From Thraustochytrium aureum (lineage: Eukaryota): DNA of 63,355 bases. Shown one piece after another: positions 10,398-22,000 of the stretch; the first letter of the stretch is position 1; each line of letters opens with the position of its first letter. Where the stretch lies: positions 1 through 63,355 of the forward strand of contig BLSG01000161.1 in the NCBI GenBank assembly GCA_012862495.1. Direction: 5' to 3'. The notes below the pieces were generated by a model. That model did not search any database. It was not told where the DNA came from and saw only the letters and a program-made list of their open reading frames with translations. Made by a program: the position numbers and the translations under genes.

Positions 10398-12004
10398 TTA
10401 GATCAAGTCGAGGACGGAGGTCCCGTTCGAGGCAAGCACGAGCATGTGCAGCATGATCAGGTAGACTGGCTCGATGATGTTAAACTCTGTCGTCCCGAGC
10501 GCCAAGTTTGTCAAGCTGAGGAAGCACATCGGGAGGCCGAGTAGCGGGTTGACAAACGTCGAGAGGGTGATGCCAACCGTGAGCCCGATCGAGGCATCCT
10601 TGAGGGCAACGACCCCGAGCTTCTTGATCAATGCCTTCTGGTTGCAGAACTGGAACGCGCCCTGTTCCTTGGCCTTGAGAGCGAAGATCTCGACAAGGAG
10701 CACGACAAAGTGGCCGAAGCCAGGCTTGGCCTTCTCAATGTTGGCAATGAGGTGGGGGATGTTGAATGCCGCCTCGAGGGCTGCCAGCTCGCCCTCGAGC
10801 TCGAGGTCACTATCGGATCGCGAAGACTCGGCCCTCTCGGCGCGCGGATCGAGCAGCGGCACGAAGGACGCGCCTTGGTCGTCTGCGCCGAGCGGCTCGC
10901 CTTCCGCGGCGATGGGCGGCTCCTCCTCGGTGGCAGCACTCGGTTTTGCGAACTTTGCGGCGTGTTCCGGGCCGGCCTTCTCCACGACCCACGCTTTGAT
11001 AGCGCGCGCGACGACTTTGCCAAGGCGCGCCTCGATGTTGCGCTGCAGCTTGACGAAAACTTTTTCTCGGCGCGGTCTAGCACCTCAGAGCTGCCATGCA
11101 TAAACTCCTCTGTGGATGCAAGCAGGGCCTGTTTGTGCGAGACGCCCTCGGTGATGCGGGTCGGGAGCCGCCAGTCCCCGCTGCTGATGACCATGCGCGC
11201 GTTGAGCTCAAGCGCCGTGGCAACCTTGAGGATCGAGTGGACCCAGGTTGCTTGCTTGAGCACGCGCATCTGGCGCAGCGCGGTGTTCGTACGCGCCCGG
11301 ATGCCGTAAATCGACTTGAACAGGATTGCATAGGCATCCAGCTCGTCGTTGCAGGCCTCGGTCTTGCGCTTGATGAATAGCATCTTCATGATGGCCTCGC
11401 GATCAGCGCGGTTCATGGTCTTGAGGAGTGCGAAAGCTGGCCCAAACCCTCGATCGTAGGCCTGGATGCTCAGCGCGTTCGAGGTCTCCACGCTGATCGG
11501 CTCATAAACGGCAAGAGCGTTCGAGTCCTGGGTGGTCGGCTTTGCAGCGGCCTTCGCGGCAGCCTTCTTCGCCTTTTTCGCCGAGCTCCGCTCCTCGGAC
11601 GTGGCCCGGCTGCGAAAGGTCATGGACAAGCTGCTCAGGGCGCGGCGTCCGCGACGCACCAAGGAGCTCTTCGAGTTGGCCGAGCTCACGCTGCGCGCGT
11701 CCGCCGCCTCGGCGCCGACTCCGTCTTGGTCGTCGTCTGTGCCCTCCTCGTCCGTGAACAAATCAAGCGCGGCCCCGCTCGCCACCGAGGTGGCGTCGGC
11801 CTCGACGTCGTTGAGGCACGCCTCGCTGAAGAGGATCGAGATCTCGTTGGCGCCCTCCTCCTCATCGTCGTCCTCCATGGACAGCGGCGCGACCGGCTCC
11901 TCGGCCGCGGCGCCCTCCTTGGCAGCTCGCTTCTTCTCGGCCTTGCGCGCGCTGCGCTCGTTGAGCAAGTCCACGCCCATGTTCTTGAAGTCAAAGAGCG
12001 CCAT
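10398..12004 (-). CDS. Hypothetical protein with an acidic N-terminus and a hydrophobic C-terminal region; one apparent frameshift near 11060
   Basis: ORF 12004-> reads protein-like up to LDRAEKK. It then continues in another frame as VFVKLQRNIEARLGKVVARAIKAWVVEKAGPEH...VLDLI*. The junction is GAGAAAAAGTTTTC on the minus strand. Confidence 0.7.
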
Positions 12005-12593
12005 CGCGCGAGCGCGACTCGCGCAGCCTTGGCGAATACACGCGCTTCTGCCCAGCCCCTGTGCTCAGCTCTGCGTGGCCGTCCTGCAAGTCGTGTCTTG
12101 CGCGAAGCGTGACTGCCGGCTGGCGGGCCCGCGAGCAAGGGCGTTGGGCACGTAAGTAGTCAGTCGGTTGGCTGCGTCGGGGCACTTTCGCGCCGTGTCC
12201 AGCAATTCGCGCCTGCGCGGCCCACGCTCGCGCGCTCATACGGCCTGGAATCCAGGAAATAGTGCCCTGTGTGCCCGATCGCGCTGACCCTCTACTGAAC
12301 GCTCGCAGTCCTGCCAGCCAGGAGCACGCCGGACGCAGCGCTCGCTCGCAGAAGAAGCAGGGCTGGCCCCGACAGCTCGGCGAGTCTTTCGGATGGCTGC
12401 GCCAGCCCTTACCTGGTGGCCGACCGCTCGCTGATGAGGACTGATTGATGGAGTCTCCTGACTCTCACCAGTGCGCCGTGAGCCGTGAGCCGTGTAGGAG
12501 TAGACTCTACGAGTAGAGTACTTACTTGCGTATGTTCGTTCATCCTTGTTTCTCATCATGACCGACCGACCGACCCCCAGAAGGCTTCAGCGA

Positions 12594-12764
12594 TGATGGC
12601 CGAGAATGCGAGCGAGCTGTTCGTGGTCGAGCGAAGCACGCGGGCAGAGGCGCGCAGCTTGGGCGCTGCAGCGCACTGCCAGCGCCCTGCTCGGCGGGAT
12701 GGGATAGACGACGTGTACCTGTACAGGTACGAGCCAAGCAAAGACCATGAGGTTGAATCAGATC
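12594..12764 (+). CDS. Possible short ORF or exon truncated by a gap
   Basis: MMAENASELFVVERSTRAEARS...DDVYLYRYEPSKDHEVESD is protein-like but has no recognisable motif. Confidence 0.25.
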
Positions 12765-13159
12765 NNNNNNNNNNNNNNNNNNNNNNNNNNNNNNNNNNNN
12801 NNNNNNNNNNNNNNNNNNNNNNNNNNNNNNNCTAGATTGCAACGAACGCGAAGATGCAATTCCAGCAGCGCCGCAAACAGTGCCGTGGCAGCTGGCCAGT
12901 GGAGGGTCGCCCCTGCTTAGTGATCGCGTCTTTGGTCCGTGAACTGCGCCAAAATGGCATGCGTTGCAAGGCGCACACTCCCATCGGACAGCACCATCAT
13001 GTACCAGCCAGCAGAGTACCGCTCCAGCTGGACACGCGCGAAGGCAGAGCCGCAATAGAAGAACGGAGCGGCGGGCGCAGGAGTGGCAGCGGCTCGATCG
13101 ACCGACCGAGGCACACTTGCGGGAAGAACGGCACAGTCGCGACGACAGCACAAGCCAAC

Positions 13160-13765
13160 ATGCGCGCAGCCGCACTTGTGCTTGCAGCCGCACTGCTGCT
13201 ACTCGCGACCAGCGCGCACGCGCAGACGGCGTGCCCGGTTGGTTGCTTGACGTGCGCGGAGGGTTCAAGTCTATGCCAAAAGTGCGATGACGACTACGAC
13301 CAACGTGGAGCTTATTGCTTTGAAAAGGGGATCAACATTCCTGCCGTGGTCGGCGGCGTGGTCGGGGGCGTTTTCTTTCTCATCTTTGCATGCTTGTGCT
13401 GCGTGGCTCGTCAACAAAAGCAGCACGTCGCCGAGTTCCAGGAGGAGGTTGACAAGTACGATCCCGAAAACGTGGTCGTGTTGTCGCAGTGCAGCGGCCC
13501 GTACGGATACGTGCTCTTCCGTGAAGACAGCTTGCGGCTGCTTGCATACTCGATGGGCAAACACGACCGCACTCTTGCCGCGGACGAGATCATGTACTAC
13601 CCAGGACCCGAAGGCCACGGAATGAAACTCAACGGGTTCCCGATCTACACCGATGACAGGGCCCGGTTTGAGGCCAAGATTGCGCGCCTCCAGGCCAGGG
13701 GCAGGTCGCTCAACGTGCCCAGCGCAATCGTCGTCCCCGACGCCTCTGACCAAAAGCCCTTTTAA
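13160..13765 (+). CDS. Small type I membrane protein with a Cys-rich (furin/VSP-like CxxC) ectodomain
   Basis: Signal peptide MRAAALVLAAALLLLATSAHA; ectodomain CPVGCLTCAEGSSLCQKCDDDYDQRGAYC; TM helix IPAVVGGVVGGVFFLIFACLCCVA; about 115-aa cytoplasmic tail. Confidence 0.8.
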   Translation: MRAAALVLAAALLLLATSAHAQTACPVGCLTCAEGSSLCQKCDDDYDQRGAYCFEKGINIPAVVGGVVGGVFFLIFACLCCVARQQKQHVAEFQEEVDKYDPENVVVLSQCSGPYGYVLFREDSLRLLAYSMGKHDRTLAADEIMYYPGPEGHGMKLNGFPIYTDDRARFEAKIARLQARGRSLNVPSAIVVPDASDQKPF

Positions 13766-15259
13766 GGACGCAGGACGGAGCTCCGAGCCGACGCGGCTTC
13801 CAACAACTAGAGGTAGAGTGGGTGGGTTGAGTGGTACAGTAGTCTTCAAGAATTTGCCTGCTTGTTCGCACTCGCGCACAGAGATGCCACAGAGGCGAGA
13901 CAAGACCTTGTACTGCGTCGCCCTGAACAGCGCTCGACACGGACCCGAAACCCTGGGTTGCGCTCCGACGATGTCCTCTCCAAAGAGATGGCAGCGTGCT
14001 TGTCTGCGGCTTCTGGTGCCGCTCGTGTACAGCCATGAAAGAATTCGCTGTTTCTGGCTGTGGTGGAGGTGGGCCTCGGCATAGCGGCGACAAAACTTCA
14101 ACTTTGTCAGACTACCAGGTATGCAAGCATGGGACAAAGTGTGGATACGCCCGTCCCCTTCCGCGACGACAGGGTTCGGCAGCTCGTCCCCGGAGCGCGC
14201 CGATTGCCGTCGTTGTCACGAACAGGCCATGCAAATAGCCCAATTCCATGAGAAAACGGAGGCCAATAGGCTCAGGCAACAAGTAAATCGAAGGCCGGCA
14301 GGCTCAGGCTACAAGTAGACCTAACAGCAAGTACCTATCGACATTTCAGCCGCACGCAAGAGCGCTCGACCCGGGCCAGATCTCCTCGCGGTTGTGGCCG
14401 ACATCGCGCGCCCTATTCCTCGTGATCGGTGGGAGGCCTGTCACGCCACCTGCCCCCTACCCTTGGGTGTGCGCGTAGTTGAGCGGAACGCAGATAGCAG
14501 TTTTTTCGTGTCACAACGGGCGGGCGGGCGGGCTGCGGGCCCGACTCGGCAGAGACGCAACGCCATCCCACGGGATCAGGTGGCACGTGCAAGCTGCCGC
14601 GTCGCGCAACTCGGCCAATCACCCGACGAGCCCGCCTCCTGGCTCCCCGCGCACTCGCGGCGCTCGTGGTCGTCGTGAACGAGACCAGCCATGTTCCACT
14701 CCGGGACGAGCTCCGGTCGCGCTGCGGCCGCCGAGTCGGCCGCCGAAGCTGGCTCCAAGGCACACANNNNNNNNNNNNNNNNNNNNNNNNNNNNNNNNNN
14801 NNNNNNNNNNNNNNNNNNNNNNNNNNNNNNNNNNNNNNNNNNNNNNNNNNNNNNNNNNNNNNNNNNNNNNNNNNNNNNNNNNNNNNNNNNNNNNNNNNNN
14901 NNNNNNNNNNNNNNNNNNNNNNNNNNNNNNNNNNNNNNNNNNNNNNNNNNNNNNNNNNNNNNNNNNNNNNNNNNNNNNNNNNNNNNNNNNNNNNNNNNNN
15001 NNNNNNNNNNNNNNNNNNNNNNNNNNNNNNNNNNNNNNNNNNNNNNNNNNNNNNNNNNNNNNNNNNNNNNNNNNNNNNNNNNNNNNNNNNNNNNNNNNNN
15101 NNNNNNNNNNNNNNNNNNNNNNNNNNNNNNNNNNNNNNNNNNNNNNNNNNNNNNNNNNNNNNNNNNNNNNNNNNNNNNNNNNNNNNNNNNNNNNNNNNNN
15201 NNNNNNNNNNNNNNNNNNNNNNNNNNNNNNNNNNNNNNNNNNNNNNNNNNNNNNNNNNN

Positions 15260-16749
15260 GCGCGTCGCGCGCGCACCTTGCGCTGGGCGAGGTCAGCGCC
15301 GCGTCCGGCTATGCAAACGAAATCCTGCGCAGCGGGGTGGCGAGCCCTGCCGCGCAAAGGGAGGCCGCCGAGATGCTCCACCAAGGCGAAGAGCTCGAGC
15401 GCCTCCTCGACCAGGCCGACAAAATGCTCTTGTCTGAGCGCGTAGCCGAGTGCACAGAGGCAGCGCAAGCGGCACTTCGGGTGGCGCCCGGCTCTCGCCG
15501 CGTCTTCGTCCTCAACCAGGCCATCAAGTTGCTCGACTGCGCAACGTCCGGCAAGTCGGTCACAATCAGCAAGTCGACTGTGGTGGGCGTTCGCGCCGAG
15601 TTGCAGCAGCTCGTTGCCTCGACAACGATTCCCCAAGAGCGCGACGCTTTGGGGACGATCCTCTACCACTACGGGAAAACGATGCTGTACTGTGCCCTCA
15701 CCTCAGAGGCGCGCATTCTCTTCTCGCTCGCGGCCACGATCCGCACCAAGGACGAAAAGGTCCACCGCCGCCTCGTGCTCATCCAAGATATGGAGGGCCA
15801 CCTCAACGCGGGCGCCGAAGCGTTCACGGAGCGGCGCTTCCAGGACGCCATCGCCAACTTTGACGAGGCGCTCAAGCTGGATCCGCACAACACCGCCTTC
15901 AACGGCCGCCTGCACTTTCGCCGCGCCGCGGCATCGATGTCACTCTGCAAGTACAACCAGGCCATCCAAGACTGCACCAACGCGCTGGCCGCGCTGCCGG
16001 GCTATTACAAGGCGCGCATCCGTCGCGCCCATGCCAACATCCACCTTGGCCGCTACGTGACGGCCATCGCTGAGCTCGAAGAAACCTACGCCGCGCAGCC
16101 GACGGCTTCGGTGGCGCGTGAACTCAAGACAGCCAAGGCGGTCTTCGAAAAGGCACAGCACAAAGAGCGCGAAAGGCAGCAGGCAGATCCCTTTGAGCCC
16201 TCGCGCCGCGAGGGGGCAAGCCAAAGGCCCACTGGTGGCTACGGGTTCTCGCAGAGCCAGCGCTCGCGGGACGCCAGCCAGCGCCCGAGCTTCTTCGCGA
16301 GCTCCTCGTACGCGCGCGGGCAGCAGACCTCTGCTGGGGAGCGAGGCTCTGCAGGATCGTCTGGGGCAGCAGGGCGTTGGAGCGACAATGCGAGGGCAAG
16401 GCAGCAGGACCAAAACAGTCACCAGGAAGCAGAAAATCAGCAGCACAAGTACAACACGCGATCCAGCGCCAAAAAGCCTTCTCAGCCAAAGCGAGACTCG
16501 CTCGATTTGGTCAGCTCAACTGACCACTACGAGGTTCTGGGCATCTCGCGGCGCGCGTCACCAGGGACGATCAAAAAGGCTTTCCGCAAGAAGGCACTGC
16601 GTTATCACCCTGACAAAAATCCGTCGCCCAAGGCGGACGCCAAGTTCAAGCGCCTCAATGAGGCTTACAACGTGCTAAAGTCCCCAACGCGGCGCACGGC
16701 ATACGACCGCTCCACAACTCTGTTCTCCAGCAGGCGCACGTACTTTTGA
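15260..16749 (+). CDS. DNAJC7: TPR-repeat plus C-terminal J-domain co-chaperone (DNAJC7-like); 5' end in or before the gap
   Basis: TPRs ([40 protein letters not shown]...YYKARIRRA) and a J-domain with HPD ([33 protein letters not shown]). Confidence 0.8.
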
Positions 16750-16924
16750 CTTGAGCCACGCCGCGTGTGCGTTGGTGGGGGTGGCTGGAATCTTGCTGCC
16801 AGGCACACCAACTGATCCGCGCTCGACCTGCAGCGAGTCTCGCTGCCGAGTGCGCTCTCCCAAAGAGCTAGCAAGTGCAGAGCCTCGGGGGGCGATTTAA
16901 AAACAAAGCGAGTCTTAGATTCAG

Positions 16925-18349
16925 CTACCAGGACTCGATGGTCTTCTTGGCGGCCCACTTCACTGGCCCGTCCGATTTGCCTTTCGACTTGCGCTCCTTT
17001 TGCTTCTTGCTCTTCTTCGAGCCCAACGCGGGGGCACCCGTATCTGCTTTACTGCTGCCCGAGGTCGAGGCCTTTGGCCGAGCGCGCTCGAACACCACCT
17101 CCTCCACCCCCGAACCCTTCGGAAGTGCAAGCTCTGCCCGCGTTGCCGTTTTCGCGGGACCCTCTGCGTGTTTCGCCTTGCTCGGCGGCTGCTTGGCGAA
17201 GGCAGACAGCTCGATCGCGTCGTCATCGTTGTCGTCGCCGCCGGCGCCGGTGCCGTCCTCGCCGCCTCTTTCTCTCTCAGCCGCTCGCTTATCCTGCGGC
17301 TCGCTGCTACTGCGGCCGCTCGCGAGCCTGGGTTTGCTCCTCTTCTGAGCGGCCTCGCCAGTGCTTTCGGGCCCTGCGCGACTCCGCTTGCGATCGGCTC
17401 GCCTGTCTTCCCGCGCGTCCTCCTTCTCAATCTGCGCCGGTCCCGAGCCGCCTGCCTTGCCCGCATCCTTGCCCGCATCCTTCTCGCTTGACCGACCGCG
17501 GGGTTTCTGACCCTTGGTGGACGTGTTGGCTATTGCTGCTGCCGACGTTGCCTTCCTTCCGGCGCGAGCGCGGACCCCGAAAAAGGGGAGAGGCTTGTTG
17601 TCGAAGAGGCGCAGGTGCGCAGCTGCCTTCAGCGGGCCACGAATGATTCCGGCGGCAAGCTTCTCGCGCTCCACTCGAGCGAGACCCTCATACAACGTGT
17701 TGCCGGCCACCGACACGTTGAGAAGCGACGCGCACTTTGCGAGCGCAGCGAGCGTGTCAGCCTCGGCGAGAAGGTTGCTGCTTAGGTCAACCACAGCGAG
17801 CTTGGTGAAGGCGTCCCAAACCAGGTCGACCCCGTCCTCGCGCACGAGCGAAGCTATTTTGTTGCCCGAGAGCCGCAGCTCTGCCAGCAGAGGGTTTTTC
17901 TCGGCGAGCAGCGCAGGCACGCACGTGAGGTTATTTTTGGACGCGCTCAGCTTTTTTAGCTCTGGCAGACGGTCTAGTCCACACTCGGGCCCAAGGTCGA
18001 CCAGCTGGTTGCCAGACAAGATCAGCGTGTTCAAATGCGGCATCTCGCACGGGATCTCCAATCGGGCCAGCTGGTTGTCGTTGAGCACGAGGGCGCGCAG
18101 GTTGCTCAGCCTCTCCAAGGCGGCCCCCGGGACAGCGGTAAGCTTGTTGCCAGCGAGCTTGAGCGTGATCAGGTTGCCAATGTTCCACTTGACGAGGCGG
18201 TCCACGGCGAGCTCGTCGAGCCTGTTCTCCGACAGGTCAAGAAACGTGAGGTTGCGCGACCCGCGCTTCTTCTCCGCCTTGTCCTCCTCTTTGCCATGAA
18301 ACGCGCGTTTCGGGAGCGTCGCGAGCCTGTTTTTCTGCAAGTGCAGTTT
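16925..18349 (-). CDS. Leucine-rich-repeat protein (SDS22-like LRRs) with a Lys-rich low-complexity tail; 5' end in the gap
   Basis: Repeated LxxLxLxxNxL (LTFLDLSENRL, LITLKLAGNKL, LRALVLNDNQL, LNTLILSGNQL, LAELRLSGNKI), an LRR cap (LRLFDNKP) and a basic C-terminus. Confidence 0.85.
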   Translation of the reverse strand, partial: KLHLQKNRLATLPKRAFHGKEEDKAEKKRGSRNLTFLDLSENRLDELAVDRLVKWNIGNLITLKLAGNKLTAVPGAALERLSNLRALVLNDNQLARLEIPCEMPHLNTLILSGNQLVDLGPECGLDRLPELKKLSASKNNLTCVPALLAEKNPLLAELRLSGNKIASLVREDGVDLVWDAFTKLAVVDLSSNLLAEADTLAALAKCASLLNVSVAGNTLYEGLARVEREKLAAGIIRGPLKAAAHLRLFDNKPLPFFGVRARAGRKATSAAAIANTSTKGQKPRGRSSEKDAGKDAGKAGGSGPAQIEKEDAREDRRADRKRSRAGPESTGEAAQKRSKPRLASGRSSSEPQDKRAAERERGGEDGTGAGGDDNDDDAIELSAFAKQPPSKAKHAEGPAKTATRAELALPKGSGVEEVVFERARPKASTSGSSKADTGAPALGSKKSKKQKERKSKGKSDGPVKWAAKKTIESW

Positions 18350-19010
18350 NNNNNNNNNNNNNNNNNNNNNNNNNNNNNNNNNNNNNNNNNNNNNNNNNNN
18401 NNNNNNNNNNNNNNNNNNNNNNNNNNNNNNNNNNNNNNNNNNNNNNNNNNNNNNNNNNNNNNNNNNNNNNNNNNNNNNNNNNNNNNNNNNNNNNNNNNNN
18501 NNNNNNNNNNNNNNNNNNNNNNNNNNNNNNNNNNNNNNNNNNNNNNNNNNNNNNNNNNNNNNNNNNNNNNNNNNNNNNNNNNNNNNNNNNNNNNNNNNNN
18601 NNNNNNNNNNNNNNNNNNNNNNNNNNNNNNNNNNNNNNNNNNNNNNNNNNNNNNNNNNNNNNNNNNNNNNNNNNNNNNNNNNNNNNNNNNNNNNNNNNNN
18701 NNNNNNNNNNNNNNNNNNNNNNNNNNNNNNNNNNNNNNNNNNNNNNNNNNNNNNNNNNNNNNNNNNNNNNNNNNNNNNNNNNNNNNNNNNNNNNNNNNNN
18801 NNNNNGGGGCGCTTGCAAGAGTGCCTTGCAGCTTTCGATCAAGCGTGCCGGAGCTGGAATTCACCGAGGGCCAGACAGAGGCCGGGCGTTGCTGGACCGC
18901 CTCGACTGTCCCCTGGCATATATTTATTCTTGCAGTGCTGCCTGTGCCCACTGGGCGGGTGACCGGCGCGAAAGGCGCGGGACGGCCGGACCCCGAAAGG
19001 CAAGGGCGAG

Positions 19011-22000
19011 ATGGTTGGCTGCTCGCGTGCGGGCCTGCTCGCGCTAGGGCTCGCAATAAACAGCTACGTCGCAGATGCGTTTCAAATAAGCCCGTTCAGC
19101 TCATTCTCAAGAATCCAAGTCGTGGTGCAGCCCAGCTCGGGACTTGGCGGGAACGCCCTTCCTGCGCAGCCTGCGCTTGCTCTGGTCGACTCGGTCGGAC
19201 GCCTGGTTAACACAACGGCAAACGCAGCATATGACGGCAAGTTCATCAGCGCCCGCTTCCTGACGTCGAGGACGCCTCGGGAGGCGCGATTTGCCTTGCT
19301 GCGCCAGGTGGGCGTGGACGTCGAACTGGTCTACCCCTCGGCACCAATTATTGGCGGGTGGGCCAACTTTTCTGACCTCTACGTGAACGAGCTGGCGAGC
19401 GGGTTCGAGATCAACTTTTACTCGGCCGATTTCGGCACGCAGGCCAACTCGGACCCCTTCGACGTGGCGCTTGGCCCACCGCACGAGCTTGCGATTTTGC
19501 AAGAACCGGGAACCGCAACTGGTGGCGTCGCATTTTTGCCTCAGCCGACCCTTGCCATCGTGGACCGCGGGGGCAACCCGATCACCTGGCTGCAGTCAGG
19601 AACGATGAATGTAACCCTTTGCCTCCCCGAGCACGGCATAGGCTGCACGCCAAACCCTGGTGGCCAGCTCCTTCTCACCGACGTCACTGCTGCTCTCGAG
19701 GTTCCCATTATCGAAGGCCGAGCGGTCTTCGCCGGGCTCGCGATCGACGTCGCTGGGTTTCCGTACCAGCTCTTTTTCCAGACGTCCTTCGACGGGGTAC
19801 CGTCACAGTCGATTGCCTCGCGCAACTTTACAGTGGGCGTCGGCAGGGCTGTGGAGATTCGCATGGAAGCGCCTGTGACAGGGGCGCGCGGAGGGCTCCC
19901 GTTCACTGGGCAGGCCGAAGTGTCACTCCGCGACGCTGGCGGCAACGTCGTGACCCAAGACGCACTTGCACCGCCATACTCGGAAGTGCAGCTGTACCTG
20001 AGCAACAACCCGACCGCAGCTCTGCTCAGCTCAGAAACAAACCCAACGCGCAAGCTGGGGCTGACCAATGGGTTTGCGCGAGGCATCGACTTCAAGATCA
20101 ACAAAATTGGCCAGGGCTACCAGATCCGCTTCACAGCAATCATGCGCACCGCTGCGGGCGAATCGTACACCGTGGTTGCTGACTCTGCGCCGTTTGACGT
20201 GGTGCTTGGCGACCCCACTACCCTTGAAGTGGCGCGCGCCGTTGGCGGCGCGTACGCAGGCGGCCTGCCTTTCTTCGAGCAGCCAATCGTGCAGCTCGTT
20301 GACGGCGGCGGCAACGTGTTTGACAAGGAGAGCGAAGCCGTCGTAACGGCTCGCCTGGTGGAGAGTCCCACCGGTTCGCCCCTTCTTGGGGGCCAGCAAG
20401 TCACCTTCTTCAAAGGTGTCGCGCGATTCAGGAGCCTCAAAGTCGTTGAAATCGGTGCCGGATATAAACTCGAGTTCTCGACGACAGTAAACTCACTGCA
20501 CCTGGCCGTCAACATGACGTTCGAGATTCTCCCGTCTGCCGAGTTTGAAATCATGGCCGAAGATGCCGAGTGGAATGACCAGTACGGCTTTGCAACGAGC
20601 ATTTTTGACGACACCCTGCTCAGCGGTGCGCCAATGGAGGACCGCTCCGTTTACGAGGTGCAACGCGTTTCCACCACAGCGACGTCCGGGGTCACGCTTC
20701 GCAACGAAATCCAGCGCGTGCAGCTACGAGGCCTGCACCGGAATGAGGTGCAAGAGATTTCCTCTTGCGGATTTGGCGGCCCGTCAAAGGCCGTGGGCGG
20801 GTTTTTCACCTTGTCCCTGGCCGGCGTCACGTCCCGCCCGCTGCGGTACGACATCCACCCCGCTGTGCTGAAGAGCTACTTGGAGGCAGACCTGCGAGGC
20901 GCGGGCACAGTCACCGTCGAAAAGGTCTCCAACCAAGCCTGCAACGCTCAGCACAGCTACGTGTGGACCGTGTACTTTGTTTCGCGCGAAGGCGAAATTC
21001 CGCAGCTCGCTGTCAACTATGTCGGCCTCGTAACGACGCCCAGCCCAGACCCCAACTCGTTCTGGTATGCCGCGACCGAGTTCCCAGGCTTGCAGGCTGC
21101 CAGCACGGCCACGAACGCGACCGTGAGCGTCAGAACAATTACCGAGTCCCCCTCCCTCGGCGGCACCTTCCGCCTCATTGTGGGCGGGGCCGGCACGGCC
21201 ATCGGCAGCGACATCCAGCCAGTCCCTACCAGCTACATGAATCGCGACGTGTCTGCGCTCGAGATGAAATCGCAGATCGAGGTCGCGGTCCGCTCCCTCG
21301 CCCCATCCGCCTCGATGCATGCAGCAACGTATGCAGCCTTTAGCCTTGTCGGCGTCTCCCGCTCCCCCCGGACAAACAGGGGGGCTACACTTGGGACATC
21401 ACCTTTCCCGCCTCGGCATCGACTATTTACGACTGGCGCCTCCTTGAAGCCGACGTCGACACGCTGACTGGACTTGGTGTGTCTGCAAAGGTGACCACCG
21501 TTCAGCCTGGCACGGCTCCGCTCGGGGGCCAGTTTTCCATGTGGTTCAAGGGCCAGGGCCCGTCCCCGCCAATCGCCTTTGACGAGCCTCCCGAAACAAT
21601 GGCCGTCAAGCTAGAGGCCCTCCCAACAATCGATTCTGTCCAAGTGACGCGGAGCAGCCATCCGCTTGGGTACACGTGGACGGTAACCTTTCTTCGGACG
21701 CGCACACTGACCTCGTACGGCTTCGTGCAAGACGAACCCGGCAACCTGCCGCCCCTCAAAGCCGATGCATTTCTGCTTTCCGGGACTGGCGCGAGCGTCG
21801 AGATCGAGTACACCTTTGCGGTGGACGACATGGAAACGCTCTCGTGCGCGTCTCGGATTGGCTTCAACGACACATATGACCCGTCCGTGGAGCCGGACAG
21901 CTGCGAGACGCTCAACGTCGACACATTTTTGCTGCCAGAAGACAAGCCGGTCATGGGCAAGGTCGGCCATGAGACAGGCGCCGCATACATCGCGTACCGC

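Noticed and set aside
12407..12416. cttacctgg, similar to the U1 snRNA 5' end
   Set aside because: The full ATACTTACCTG and the downstream U1 stems and Sm site are not present.
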